Part shown: positions 51,294 to 63,942 of the stretch, piece after piece
Numbering within the stretch: position 1 is the stretch's first letter
Layout: each line of letters begins with the position of its first letter
NCBI RefSeq assembly: GCF_037042905.1
Contig: NC_087245.1
Location: 25,360,001 to 25,424,000 of the forward strand
Direction of reading: 5' to 3'
Length of the DNA: 64,000 nucleotides
DNA from: Lytechinus pictus
Taxonomy: Eukaryota
The notes under the pieces: generated by a model
What the model was told of the DNA's origin: nothing
Seen by the model: only the letters and a program-made list of their open reading frames with translations
The model's database searches: none
Translations under genes and position numbers: made by a program

Positions 51294-53225
51294 TTGGGGG
51301 GGGGGGGGTCAGTTCCTAGTTGTAATTATTTCCTTTTACTCTTTATGTGGCAATTTTCTAAAGGCCCCCCCCCAAAAAAAAAAAAAATAAATAATAAATA
51401 AATAAAAAATGGAAGGGGTGCTTTCTTTAAGAGTGTTTAAGTTCCTAATGGCCATGTCCTTTAACCTTCTATATTTTTATATTGTAAGTTTTTAAGGACC
51501 TCCTCCGCCCCCCCCAAAAAAAAGAACCTATAAATATTATTGAAGGTGATTAATACCATGAATACCCTGTGCTATTTTATGATGTTAAAGGGGAATCCAA
51601 ACCAAATAAACACTTGTTTTTATGAGGAAAAGAAAAAATCAGACAATAGGTCAAGGTTTGAACAATATCGGACAAACCATAAGTAAGTTGTGAATATATA
51701 AAAGTTGTAAACATTGGTAATCACTATATACCCATGAAGACTTCAAATTGGCCGCACATGTAATGTCATAATGATGTAAGGGAAGGACCACTCTTCCATG
51801 TACAGAAATAATTAATTGACTAAAATGTCTTTTTCAAAAGTTTTACTTCAAATTGTATCTTTCTTTCATGAGGACATTAAAGCATTATACTAACAGGTTT
51901 ATATTACGGCCCCAATGAAATTTAGGAGAAAAACAAAAATCAAAGTACAAGGCCAATGGGAAAGTTGTCCTTGCGGCCTCACCCCTTGTCATAATTTACT
52001 TACCCATTATCAATTTGAAATCTACATACTAGTAGCCTTAGGGATCTTAATTTTAAAGCAGCCATAACTTTATTTTGCTTGTCCGATTGCTTTCAAACTT
52101 TCACCATTCTTATTTTTCTCCTTTTCCACACAACATTTTATGACCAAGGCTGGATTCCCCTTTAACACTGAATGTGAATCTTTACCCAAAATGAATATTT
52201 GTGTAAACTTTTCTGAGCACAGGCTGAAAACTGAGAAGTAGATTGATCCACAATTGATGAGTTTTCCCTGCATTTCTGGCTATATGTGGTTATCAAGGCA
52301 ATGCACTCTCTGACAAATGAAAAAAAAAGGTTCTTGCACATCTTTATCTCAAGGCCAATGTGTGAGCCATATCATGCATGAGAATTGGTTTGAAACTGAT
52401 GAAGTAGTTCAAATTGCAAGGTTTTTACCTAAATTTTGCCATATAACATGTTGTTACCATGGCAACACAATTTCTGAAACAATCACAAAAAGTGCCTTGT
52501 ACATCTTTACTTTAATACCAATGTGTGTGCCAAATTTCATGAGAATTGATTTAAAACTGATGAAGCAGTTTGAATTGTAAGGTTTTTTCCCCAATTTTCA
52601 CCAAATGTTATGTTGTTACCATGGCAACAAAATTTCCGAAAGACACACAAAATGTGTCTTAGTCATCTTCACCTCAAGACCAATGTGTGTGCCAAATTTC
52701 ATGAGAATCGGGTGACAACAGAGGAAGAAGTTCTAACTGCAAGATTTGTACCTTATTTTTGCCATAATACACTGTTACCATGGCAACACAATTTCCAACA
52801 CATGCAAAAAAATGTGTCTTGCACATCTTTACCCCAAGACCAAAATATGTACATACACACCAACATTCAACCCCCTCCACCACCACCCTTCGGCTTGTTT
52901 AGCATCTGCATTCAGATATTTAGTGCATTGAGATGTGAGGACAAACAGAATATCTGTTCAAAAAGGGTCTGAATTCAAGAACTAAACCAATGCAAAATAA
53001 TGCACTGCTATTGAGTTTTGCACTAGCGCTAGTCTATATATCAGACCAATCTAAACTCATAAATTCTGACATTTTCACCCATTTTTTCACTGTTCCTGCA
53101 GCCAGATTTTTTGGAGCATACCCCATTTTTAATTCTTATACATAAACAAAGGTCTGGAGAAAAAATCATGCTTTTGTCCACTGTGTCCACAAGTAGGGTG
53201 TTTTTGACGCTAACAGACCGGACTA
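48629..53225. mobile_element. Large palindromic non-autonomous DNA transposon, Academ-like
   Basis: ATA|TAGTCTGGTCTGTTAGCG ... CGCTAACAGACCGGACTA|ATA (3-bp TSD, TAG/CTA termini). Near-identical TIRs at 48629-49434 and 52408-53225. Confidence 0.85.
51589..52161. mobile_element. Kolobok-like non-autonomous element nested in the Academ-like element
   Basis: TTAA|AGGGGAATCCA ... TGGATTCCCCT|TTAA. Confidence 0.8.
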
Positions 53226-54576
53226 ATAGGCTGAAAGTTATCAGCAAATTTCAATAGCAAAGATGGTTCTTCAACCGCGATTACCACTCTATCTTACGAC
53301 GTGTGCATTAGACGCAATGGCTATTGGAGGAAAAAAGTCCTATGTTCGTGTCAATACCAAAAATCATGTTGCCTGAATGAGATATACATGTAAGATATTT
53401 CTATATGGGCCGACAAATAAGTTTGTAAATTTCTATAGCTGATTTGCATATCAAGTGACATCTTCTCCCCTTTTTTTTGCACCCAGAAAGGTTTGAGGAC
53501 TTTAGGCGGACTTCCTCAACAAAATCCCAATCATGGATTTATTTAACACGGGATTACAAAATCAGATGTTGATTTTTTTTTGTAGTCCTTATTCTTTTTT
53601 CAGTAATTGTTTATCAGGTAATGGTTTTAGTGCTTCATTTTCCCACTCCGTACACCCACCTATCTTGCATGATTCAGTAGCTAAAGAGATTTTAAAGGGT
53701 TGTCCATTTTGTCCAGAGATGTTTCAATGTTCCACGTGGGGGATACCTCCCTGCGTAAGGAAAACGTATTCAACAAGCGTCACTTTCTTCGTAGATGTAA
53801 TTAATTCCTTGATAAACATTGCTGGAACATGCAGTTCATTTAGCTCTGACTGCTAAAATTAAAGTAATTGCCAACACACACAAGCAATTTCGTGTCGAAA
53901 ACATAGCAATCGACTCGGTTGAAAAACAACATTTCATGAGTTCACCAGAAGATGAAACTTGTCTCTCCTCACTGTTCGGTTGATGAAGTTTATCCTATAC
54001 ATTCTACCTACATGCTGTGGGGCTGTGACAGGTTTTATCTGATAATTGGTCGTAAAGTGGATTTCGATGAGTCGGTCGTAGCCGGTAGGATACCCGACCC
54101 TTGCTATACGAGATGTAATTAGTCGGTTGTATCAGCTGCTTGCTATGACATGTTAACGAGGGTCTCCAACTCCATCATCTCACTTTGTAAAACTTCACTT
54201 CTTTCTCATGAAGATATTTCTAGAGATAATAAGCTTCTCTTTTCAAGTAAATAGCACTTAATCGTGCTTTTGTGTTTTTATCTTAACTATTTTATCTTTT
54301 ATTATTATAATGCGCAGTTGAGTATATACAAATATAGAAATTGCGCAATATAAATGTACAATTATTATTATCATTTTAATTAAATTAAATATTTAATTCT
54401 TTTGGAATCAGAAAACGTATTCAAAGAAATTAAGACAACAGATTGTTAACTCTACTGTAAAGAATTTACAGTATAGAAGGTGTGGGTGCTTGATAGTGGT
54501 TCAAAGAGAGAATGGTTTCGGCCTTGTCCTTCGAGGAAATGATGGCGCCCCTTCCTTCCATCTCATAGAGTACCAA

Positions 54577-54757
54577 GGGGCCGTTTTACAGAGCTGTTCG
54601 TAAGTTAAGAGCGACCTAAAGAACGACCGGTGCTCCCTTCTTGTGGTAAATGATATTCACCATTAAACGTTCATCGGTGATTATTAAGCGCGTAAGAAAG
54701 GTTCACCAGACGTTCTTAAATTTTCTCTTAACTTTCGAACAGTTTGATAAAACACCC
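54577..54757. mobile_element. Degenerate MITE
   Basis: GGGGCCGTTTTACAGAGCTGTTCGTAAGTTAAGAG is an imperfect inverse of CTCTTAACTTTCGAACAGTTTGATAAAACACCC. Confidence 0.6.
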
Positions 54758-54859
54758 ACCTTAATGCTCAGCAGTCTATATCATTTCTTAACACTCTCGT
54801 GTATAGACACAGATCAAACATTTTGCGGGACGGAATCTTTATCATAACATTGATATTCA

Positions 54860-55168
54860 TAATGCGCTTAAGGACGTTCAAGATGTATGATTACTCTGGT
54901 CAGCGGGTTCAATCAGTCATTCCCACACACAATGTGTGACATCCTCCACTCCCTGGGGAGTATTTCAGCCAGTCGCCACTGAGGCACACACAGTACTGGA
55001 CAAACTACAATGAATTTCACATCCTACCGGGTACCCATTAAGCTTCTGGGTGGAGAGTGGCAAAGTGTGGATTAGCGCCTTGTCAAAGCACACTATATAG
55101 GCTGTGGTGGGATTCGAACACACGACCTCTGATTACAATGCGAATGTCAGAACCAACTGCGTACCACA
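54860..55168 (-). mobile_element. tRNA-derived SINE
   Basis: Minus-strand B-box GTGTTCGAATCCC near 55110-55122, and a core GGTACCCATT...CTGGGTGGAGAG shared with 27021-27256. Confidence 0.65.
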
Positions 55169-55336
55169 TGGAAAGCTCACGAATAAGAATAACGAATAAG
55201 AACTACATTATTTAATCCCACTGTCACGGCATCAATAAATACAATCTAATTTGATGCTTGAATTGTTGTAAACACCCTATACTTGTTTTCTCTTTGTATT
55301 TTTCGTGTATACTTCTTTTGTCGAAATACCGAATGA

Positions 55337-55500
55337 AATAATAATAATGATAATACTAATAATAACAATAATAACAACAACAACAATAATGATAAGAGCA
55401 ATGATAACAACAACAATAATATTAATAGCAACAATGAAAAAGAAGTTGTTGTAGTAGTAGAAGAAGTAGAAGATGAAGATGAAGAAGAAGATGAAGAAGA
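55337..55500. repeat. Compound (AAT)/(AAC)/(GAA) microsatellite
   Basis: Directly visible. Confidence 0.9.
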
Positions 55501-58500
55501 AAAAAAGAATGTCTTCCTCTTGGAGATAAGCATTGCAGTTAGGAATTACATTGAAGTCTGACAATGATGAAACAAGCCAATCAATAATACGATGGAAAAA
55601 GACAAAGACCTAATGCCCACTCCTTATTTATCATACAAGAAATCGACATGCTATATGAAATGCTGCAACCAGATACTACTTATTTGACCACGGTCTGTCA
55701 TGTTAAATTCATACAAATAAACACACTACACCGAAAAATGCTCTTAGGAGGTATCTCAAGCATCTTATTGGTATACTTGATATTGCATTTCTTGGTATAA
55801 AAATATTATATTTTAAATTTGATTGTGATGTTGTGCATGCTGTCATATATTTTTGCCAGATATATTACACAATGAATTCGAATAAGTAATAACATAATGA
55901 ATTCCGGGTGAAGGGGGCAAGGTATATCACCCACTTTTCGGAGGGGACATAGCAAGTACAGATACCCCCTTAAACAAATTCCGGGAAGAAATATTTATTT
56001 TCATCAAATTATTATAATATAATTGTTTAAGCCGTGTCGATCGACCTTTCTCATGTTAATATGCCGTCAAAATGCTTGAATGAGCTCAATTTTGCAATCG
56101 TAATTTTTTTTATATCTCACTTGGTCGCTCCATTCACTCGCTGAATCTTGTCACAATAATTTGAGCATAATTTGGACCTACTAAGTACCCAATATGGTTT
56201 TGTTGCGAAGGGTGCAAGCATTGCGTCACGAGATAATGAATATTACTAAAATATGCAGTGGCGCAATGGACTATAGGTCACAGCATGGCGCATGACTATG
56301 GCAAAATTTCATCCTTTAATCATCCACCAAAGATTTAAATTGTGTCACTATCATGATTTTTGGGGCATCTCATTTTGACACATAATCTGTGACAGTAGAT
56401 TTGGCTTTTCTTCCTTTCAACATTTCCGACAATTCTTATTTGGTGAAATGCACCCCTGGCAAATTTGCATTTAAAAATATGTTTAAAATATCGGTTGTAA
56501 GTAAGGTATTGATCTTAAGGTTTACTTTTATTCCTCTTGGTCTAGTAATATCTAGAACAACGTATTCATGGTATTAGCACAATAAGCGACACTGATGTGC
56601 TGCCAGTATGGGGCATCGACATATTGTCATCCATTAGATTAAGCTCAATCAATCACAAACTCGTCCAGTACTAAATTCTTCCAGCATAAATCCAGCGGAT
56701 AGAGCCTCACATGAAATGAATTTATTTCCCAATATTCATTCATCTTAAGTATCTCAAATCAATCACAAAAGTGTAGTGGTGGCTCGGTGCAAGATTTTTT
56801 TACCGAAATTTAAATGGTAAAGCTGCTGCAGGTGGTTATATTACTACTACTGCTACTACTACTTCTACTATACTATTACTACTGCTATCACTATTCCCCC
56901 CCCCCCGTTTCTCCCTCTCCTTCTCATCCAAAACGAAGCCACTATTGTTTTAATTATTGCATAATTTTCAGCAACATGCATATCGAGATAGAGTAACTTG
57001 AAATACACAGTGACGAGAGCACATCAAATATAACACTGTGATCAAAAGATACCTCATCATATAATTTTCGGGAACATTCTATAAAAAGAACTCTGATCAG
57101 CAATAATCATGAATACAAATAATTCTATATAAAGATTTTGTGAATAATTAAGATATTTTTTGCTTGTAAATAGTGTAATGTTCACTAAAAATGATCGAAA
57201 TTTTCTGCAACAGCAATAAATAGAATTAGTTCTGAATTTGATGTACAATATTGAGATTTAGTTAAAATTATTGTTTAAACTATGATAATGACATTATTTG
57301 GGGCTAACCTCGATTAGCATCTTGCTATTATGTTAGCTCCAATTACCAAATGTTTTGTTTATATGTGATGTACTATTCCTTGTAATTGTACCTGACAGTG
57401 ATATTAGGTAATTAATAAATTCAAACTGTGTGATATGAAACCCACTGCGAGTTTATTAGAACCCATGTCGGACCATCATTCAACACGATCAGACTCCACA
57501 AACTTGCCAACGATAGCAACATGTTTTCTTCATGTAATTAAAGATTAGGAACATGTACATGTTGATCTTAATTCTATTCTTAACTGTCAATCGCTGGACG
57601 ATTTCTTGAATAACTGCTGACATTGCCTCGAGAAGTGTACATGTGACACATTTGCAACCATTTCTTCCAGAGATACAGATCTTTCTCGCTTCGATTACAT
57701 ACTACGTGATCCACCTTTCTAGCGATTTATTTGTTGAATTATTGGACACATCGAATCCATTATTTCGAATCCGTATGAAGTTAAGTATTGAAATTCCCCC
57801 GAGGGCAGGTGTTTTAAACATCGATTTTGATGTAATCCAGTTACAGTGACGTCTAATTGAAATACTTGATATACTAGGAATCGTGAAATTTCGACAAACA
57901 CGACGTGTCATACGGTAAACAAATAGCACATACAATCATTCACCTTCCCATCATGCAAAGTTCTAAAATGAGTCTTCATCAGCATTTTTGCCACTTGGGG
58001 AGTTCCAGAGAAGCCTTTGGGGATGAAAAATGTTATTTGGGGTTTGAAATGAATTTAGGGATTTTCGTTTATTATGGGGGTTTTGAAGGTTTTGGTTATG
58101 ATCATTGAGATTCGATATTTATCAGTTGGGGGCCTTATATAACGCTAATAGTTTACAATCTACTGTAGATAGTTAATGGTTTAATGCATATAATGTACAT
58201 CAGCGCATGTCTTAGGCAATTCAACTGATTAATTCAGTACACTGAACTTAGTTTTACGATAGTGGTGTGAACAAACGAGCACACTGAACTAGTTGTGGGT
58301 AATAACCGTAATAATTAAAAGTCCTCACTTATTCAGAAATTATTGTGATTTGAAAAAAATGAAAATTTGGGGTCCAATTTGGGGAAATTCAAGTGCCTTT
58401 TGGGGAAATTCTTTAGCACGGACCTGGTAACACTGGTTTTTATTCGTATGTAATATAAATATATTATTCTTTGGGAAAGTATAGTGGGGATTTTTTATCC

Positions 58501-58879
58501 GAGATTTATTATTTACGTCTGGGACCGACCTTTAACGTCACCATCCGAAAGACGTGACCAGGGCTCGAACCTCTGCATCATTTTGTAACTTCCCCACATA
58601 GCTTGTAACTTCCCCACATAGCTTCCCCTACTGGACCTCTAGGAAGAACAGAGCCATTATATCAATGGCTCTGAATAGAGTGATCCATCCGTACATTTTT
58701 ATGTGCATGTTTATATGTTTATATTTAATATAATATCTTGTGAAATGTATTTTATTGTGATTTTTATACGGTAAATAAAACCAAACCAAACCAAAAAGCT
58801 TGGATTACATGCGCATGCCACAACGCCCAGTTCTGAACGCCCAGGTCTGAATGGCACCTTTGTTGTATATATAGAGGTT

Positions 58880-58995
58880 ATAATAATAATAATAAAGGTA
58901 TATTTACCCAGGGTAGCCACTTCAGTTCCGAAACTGTTCTCCCAGCGGGCCCTGCTATTATTACCCGGCTAAGCTAGGCTACCTATTCGGTGCAT
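58880..58995 (-). mobile_element. SINE 3' fragment
   Basis: TTTACCCAGGGTAGCCACTTCAG...CTCCCAGCGGGCCCTGC is the reverse complement of the tail at 62707-62763. (AAT)n tail. Confidence 0.6.
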
Positions 58996-61789
58996 TAGGT
59001 TTAACCTAATTCTAGAACGCTTTCGGAAAAGAGTAACTTTGTAGATTTAATTGGTTTCAAAATTTTGTAATTCATTATCTCTTTCTCCATCTGTATTAAT
59101 ACTGATTTTTAATCACGTATTCTACTCATGTGTTAATTACGCTTATTTAAAATGTTTGGACACAAAGTATTTGTGTAAAACTAACCGGTTTCAACCCCGC
59201 TGTCCCCTTCGAACAGGGGTGCGTCCAACCTGCTAGAGGTAATAAAGCAACAGAAATCCAATGACTTGGCTGCCGTGTAATGATATGTTGTTGGTGTCTA
59301 CCCTTCGTACCCTTCAGGTCCATATTACCCTCATTCTTAGTGTGCGGATCATTTGTTAAATACTGAGAAAATATGCTAGACATAATTCTTCAATGGACAT
59401 TCTTTAAGATTGTAGAAAAAGATCCCTGCCGAAATACAGGCATAATAGCCGCTTACATAAAGGAAATATGTCTTTGATCTTGTGATAATTACTTTTCGCT
59501 GCCTCTTGTGGGATAATATGAACAGACACATTGCTCATTTTAATAGGGTTTAATAGGGAAAAGGACAAATAAATGTTGCAATATTTCTTGAAATATTATT
59601 TAAAATTCCTCAAGTGGTCGCACGTGTCGAAAAATCTCAAATGAATATATTCCAATTTTTTTTTAATGTTGGAAGTTAATAATGAAATAAAAAATTGTCG
59701 AACTCTGATTTTTAAAACATTTTACAGACTCGCACTTGGAAACCAAAGGAAGGGGGGGGGGATGAAGTGAGGGAAACATTCTCTACTATGATGCAGAACA
59801 GTCAATAGGGGCCTTACATAACGATATATTATATACATGGAACGAAGGGGAACAATGCAGTTCACATTTGGATGAACGAAATTCTAAGGTACGGTAAATG
59901 TAACTCATTCTACATTGTATTTATATTATCGTGTTAAGTGTGAGCATTATAATTTAGACAATTAACCCAAGGTTTTGCAAACATGCTACATTTTCCTGCA
60001 CCAAATGTGAATTGAAATAACCCGATTCAAAGTAAGCTTAACAATTCAAATTTTTATCAGTAAGCTGGTGTGTTATCGCTCAAATATCAGAACTCCTTGT
60101 TAGTATTGATGCAATCAATTTTAAAAGCATAACAAAATCAATTAGGCCATTACGATATTTCAGGAAAGGAAGAAGAAAAAATACCATTAACAAGTTAATT
60201 CAATGATTCAAGTACATTTCTCGTTATTAATTGGAATAACACTTCTTGAAATAAAATACACAAAATAGTAAAAAGAGATGGTCGCAGAACCATTCCAAAA
60301 AAAAGGGCGTGAACTTATATTCCGGGCAGAAATAAAGGAGTACACAAAATGGAATAAAAAAATCATTATTTACCGAGTGACGGGAAGAGTATCACATGGT
60401 GGCGAATTGTTAGCAAAAGAAGGAAAGTGGCCACATAATAGTGGCCAGTATAGATTGAATTCGATCATGAACTACGGTCTGTTCGCATTACCAAGGAAGA
60501 CCAACTCATCTTAAAAACATAAATCAATGACTAAATTGCAAGACTGGCTCATTGTTGAACATCATCTCACATTGTTTTCTTGTCTCCGATAATGCCCTAA
60601 CTAAAGTAATGACACTTCAAGCACTTGTTTTATTATCAATTTGGGTATATGTATTGCTTGAAGTTTATGACCGTGATTCTGTATATTTTGGGTAATGGTG
60701 GAAATCTGGAAATCTGCGATTGTGAGGAAATGAACCAGATGGTTCTCAAAGCTCGCCTATGAATGACTGCTTCTATAACAGAATTTCGTGTTACATGATA
60801 CAGTGATATGTCAGGTCATCAGGTATTTGCTTGACACGACGAGGCTCAAAGTGCACCAGTGGGAACGATCATCACGAAAGTCTTGAGGCAGATGGGAGAA
60901 AGTGTTATGAAGATGCCTCGATCTATGTAACGTGAGATGGGCAGGGAATCGATGGGGTTGCCTCACTTTTGAAACCGAACTCTTGTTTCCTGAAATAATA
61001 GATGGTATCAGCCTTACAGATGATGGCGTGGCAATAGCCCAAGGCATCCTGCATCATCCTCATTGATACCTACTTATAATTGGTGTAGCTAAGAAGGTGT
61101 CGGCAGATTGGACCTTTCTACCACCTCTCGACACCAACAAGAAAGCCACAATCCGCGGTGGATGCCCTTAAGCTTTTCGACGGTTGTTTAACGTGTCATA
61201 ACCGTAATATCTAACTGACGTACTGGGTTAATGCAATGAAGCATGATAGAACCAAATAAATTGATAAATGTATTCTGTCTGTTATATATTTTGTATGAGA
61301 TATTAAAGACAACAGACTAAAATTATGAACGTCGTCGATACGCTTTGGGAGTCGGCGGTCCCGCGAATATTCCGAACTTTTCGCATTTACCACGGAGACA
61401 CTTTCTACAACGCACCAATTCCTTTGAAAATGCAAGTCAAATTACAATGGAGAGCTGAGAGGCTTTTGTCGAAAGTCGGTGGACCGGGATAGCATTGGAA
61501 TCTCTTGAATCTGGACAACGACATATTTGCAATTGTTCGTCCGGTGCAAATCTTCGGATGGTCTGCTGGTCCAGTCCACCAACTTTCGACAAAAGCCTCT
61601 AAGCTCTCTATTCTGATTTTGATTATATAATCAAAGGAATCGACACGTTGTGATTTTGATCACAATAATCAAAGGAATCGATGCGTTGTAGAGAGTATCT
61701 CCGTAGTAAATGCGAAAACTCTTAAATGCAACCTGTTTGTAATTTGTTGCGTCGGGAGTCATTTTGAATTTATTCTCCTAATGATTACT

Positions 61790-62268
61790 TCTAACATTGG
61801 CAATGAAAATCTACTTGAAAAGGTACAACAGAGAGCAACCAGACTTCTGCCTCATTTCCGTCATCTAGACTATCCTGAAAGGCTGAAGGCTTTAAAACTG
61901 CCTATTCTATCATATAGGAGACAAAGAGCTGAACTGATCCAAATATACCAAATTTCAAGAGGACTTGATCCAATTGACCTAAACAACTTCTTTGAGATTG
62001 ATGTTTATTGTAGAACCAGAGGTCATAGCATGAAATTAAGAAAACACAGATGGAAATTGAAAATTAGGCAAAATGCCTTTTCAATTAGGAGTGTAAAAAA
62101 ATTGGAATGCTTTATCCGAGGCCGGAAGCAGTGTCAATATGTTCAAGTCAGCTATTGAGAGGCACTGGAAAAACCATCCACTAAAGTTTGTACCCTACCA
62201 GAGACTATTTAAAGTGACGAGGGGCAAATAAGCTACAAGCTTTACATCCAAGTAAATCCAAGTAAATA
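61790..62268 (+). mobile_element. CR1 LINE 3' fragment
   Basis: LEKVQQRATRL...Y.ERLKAL.L..L..RR.R..LI...RTRGHSMKL is typical of the CR1 ORF2 C-terminus. Tandem tail TCCAAGTAAA occurs twice. Confidence 0.9.
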
Positions 62269-62552
62269 CTGTTCCCCCCTTTTACATGGAGGAACATTGG
62301 CCTTTGTCATGAGCTCTACATAATTACATGCATTCCATAAACATCATCATATATGTACATCATTGACTAAACAAGTTGAGCTTTGCAAACATTTCTTTTG
62401 CGCGCAATAACAAGAATAATGGAATAAACAATGGTAAAGAAAAAAAAATCAGAGAGCAATTCCTTCGTAGTATTTTGTTCGGGGTCACTTCACCCCTTTA
62501 TGGCAGGATAAAAAATGTCACGTGTCCTCCAGAAAATGAAAATATTGGTTTT

Positions 62553-62780
62553 CTCATGATGGTTTAGTGGTAGAGCGTCCCCCTCATGAACGGGAGATCG
62601 TGGCTTCGATCCCAGGCCGTGTCATGCAAAAGACGTACAAAAATCTGCATTCCTGTCAGGCGCTCGACATATTTAAATTGAGAGGGGTAATGATAAAATG
62701 ATGTTATGCAGGGTCCGCTGGGAGAGCAGTTGATAAGAGCTGAAGTGGCTACTCTTGGTAAATAACTATTATTTCTATTA
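62553..62780 (+). mobile_element. tRNA-derived SINE
   Basis: A-box-like TGGTTTAGTGGTAGAGCG and B-box-like GCTTCGATCCC. Tail shared with 58880-58995. Confidence 0.7.
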
Positions 62781-63656
62781 TTTCCCTCTTTTTCAAGATA
62801 TATTGAACAATAAATTTAAAGAAACCTTTATTTGCCTTTGTATGATATGTTTTGTTTCCCAATTAAATAAGTACAATTCTATGATGGTTTGAGATCTCAC
62901 CGAAAATAGTGAAACATTGGGGGAAAAAGAAATTTGTTTGAAAGACCTTCATGATTTTTTAACATCTAGTTGGTGATGAATCGACGAATTCACAGATGAG
63001 GCACATTTTTCTGGTTGTTTTTCTTGTTCAACAACCTATGGAATATCGAGTGAATCTATGGGCTTCTAGACGCCGAGAAAAAATATCCCTCTCTGGGCCA
63101 AATCTGAACGATGCACCAAATTATCCCTCAGCAAAATGAACTTGAAAGCTTATCCACATACTCGGGTATCCAACTCTATCGCATCATTTTCATTTCCGAG
63201 AGTGACGTTGCCACGGGGAAAAAGACGTTCGTGGCCTGCAAGCGCGAAATTTGTCACTGAGCACTTAAAATAATAACGCATACCCCTCTCCCTTTCTTAC
63301 ATTTTGCATAGTTTCTCAGATATCAAAACTGGGTTGAATATATTTAACCCGACAGGTACGACTCTGGGTGATACTAATACCCTCGTGCAACGAGTTCAAA
63401 ACCTCCGGAAATGGTTAATGGTGATATAGGTAGCTTTAATAGACCATTTTGCTGAAAGATATGAGTGTAATTACAATGATTCCTCCAGTTTTTAATAAAA
63501 ACATCGTTGTCAAGTGGTCTTATGCACTTGTATTCACACATGAAAGCCCAGGGTTTGATTCCCGGCATGACACTTTTGCCCTTGAGCGATCTCTATCCGT
63601 TACTGCTCTTTAATTGTACATTGTACATTGTGGCGGTGCCGTGGCCGATTGGTCTA

Positions 63657-63942
63657 CACTGTTAGAAAATTTATCCTTAAAATAAAAGATGTTCCTTCAG
63701 CAGAGTCTCGAGAACACCTGTAATCTTACCAGATTGCGTAATCTTACAGGAAATTGGTATTTGGTGTATGGAACCTTACAAATTTCCTTAAATAAAACAC
63801 CCTTTTCCCCTTTTTAAACAGACCTGTTCTGTTAAATTGCAGAAAAATTCCTGTTTTATGAATTTACAGAATGATTCTGATTCTGTTATTGCTTCCTGCA
63901 AAATCTTCTTTTTTCTGTAAAATCAGGTTTTTTTTAACAGTT
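63657..63942. mobile_element. Small MITE (CACT terminus, TA-flanked) inserted in a tRNA-like SINE head
   Basis: TA|CACTGTTAGAAAA ... TTTTTTAACAGTT|TA. The flanks rejoin into a tRNA-like fold at 63635-63996. Confidence 0.7.

Noticed and set aside
48872..52972. Duplicated 106/120-aa ORFs on opposite strands as a gene pair
   Set aside because: They are translations of the two near-identical TIRs, with no recognisable domain or splice structure.
53533..53856. Possible exon (plus-strand ORF, or minus-strand segment after a ttttag acceptor)
   Set aside because: All minus-strand frames contain stops and neither strand resembles a family I recognise.
57719..57901. LRR-like phrase LKHLPSGEFQYLT in a 60-aa ORF
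   Set aside because: A single partial match with no repeated LxxLxLxxN periodicity in adjacent sequence.
62553..62625. Functional tRNA gene
   Set aside because: The stems are degenerate and it continues into a SINE body and tail shared with 58880-58995.
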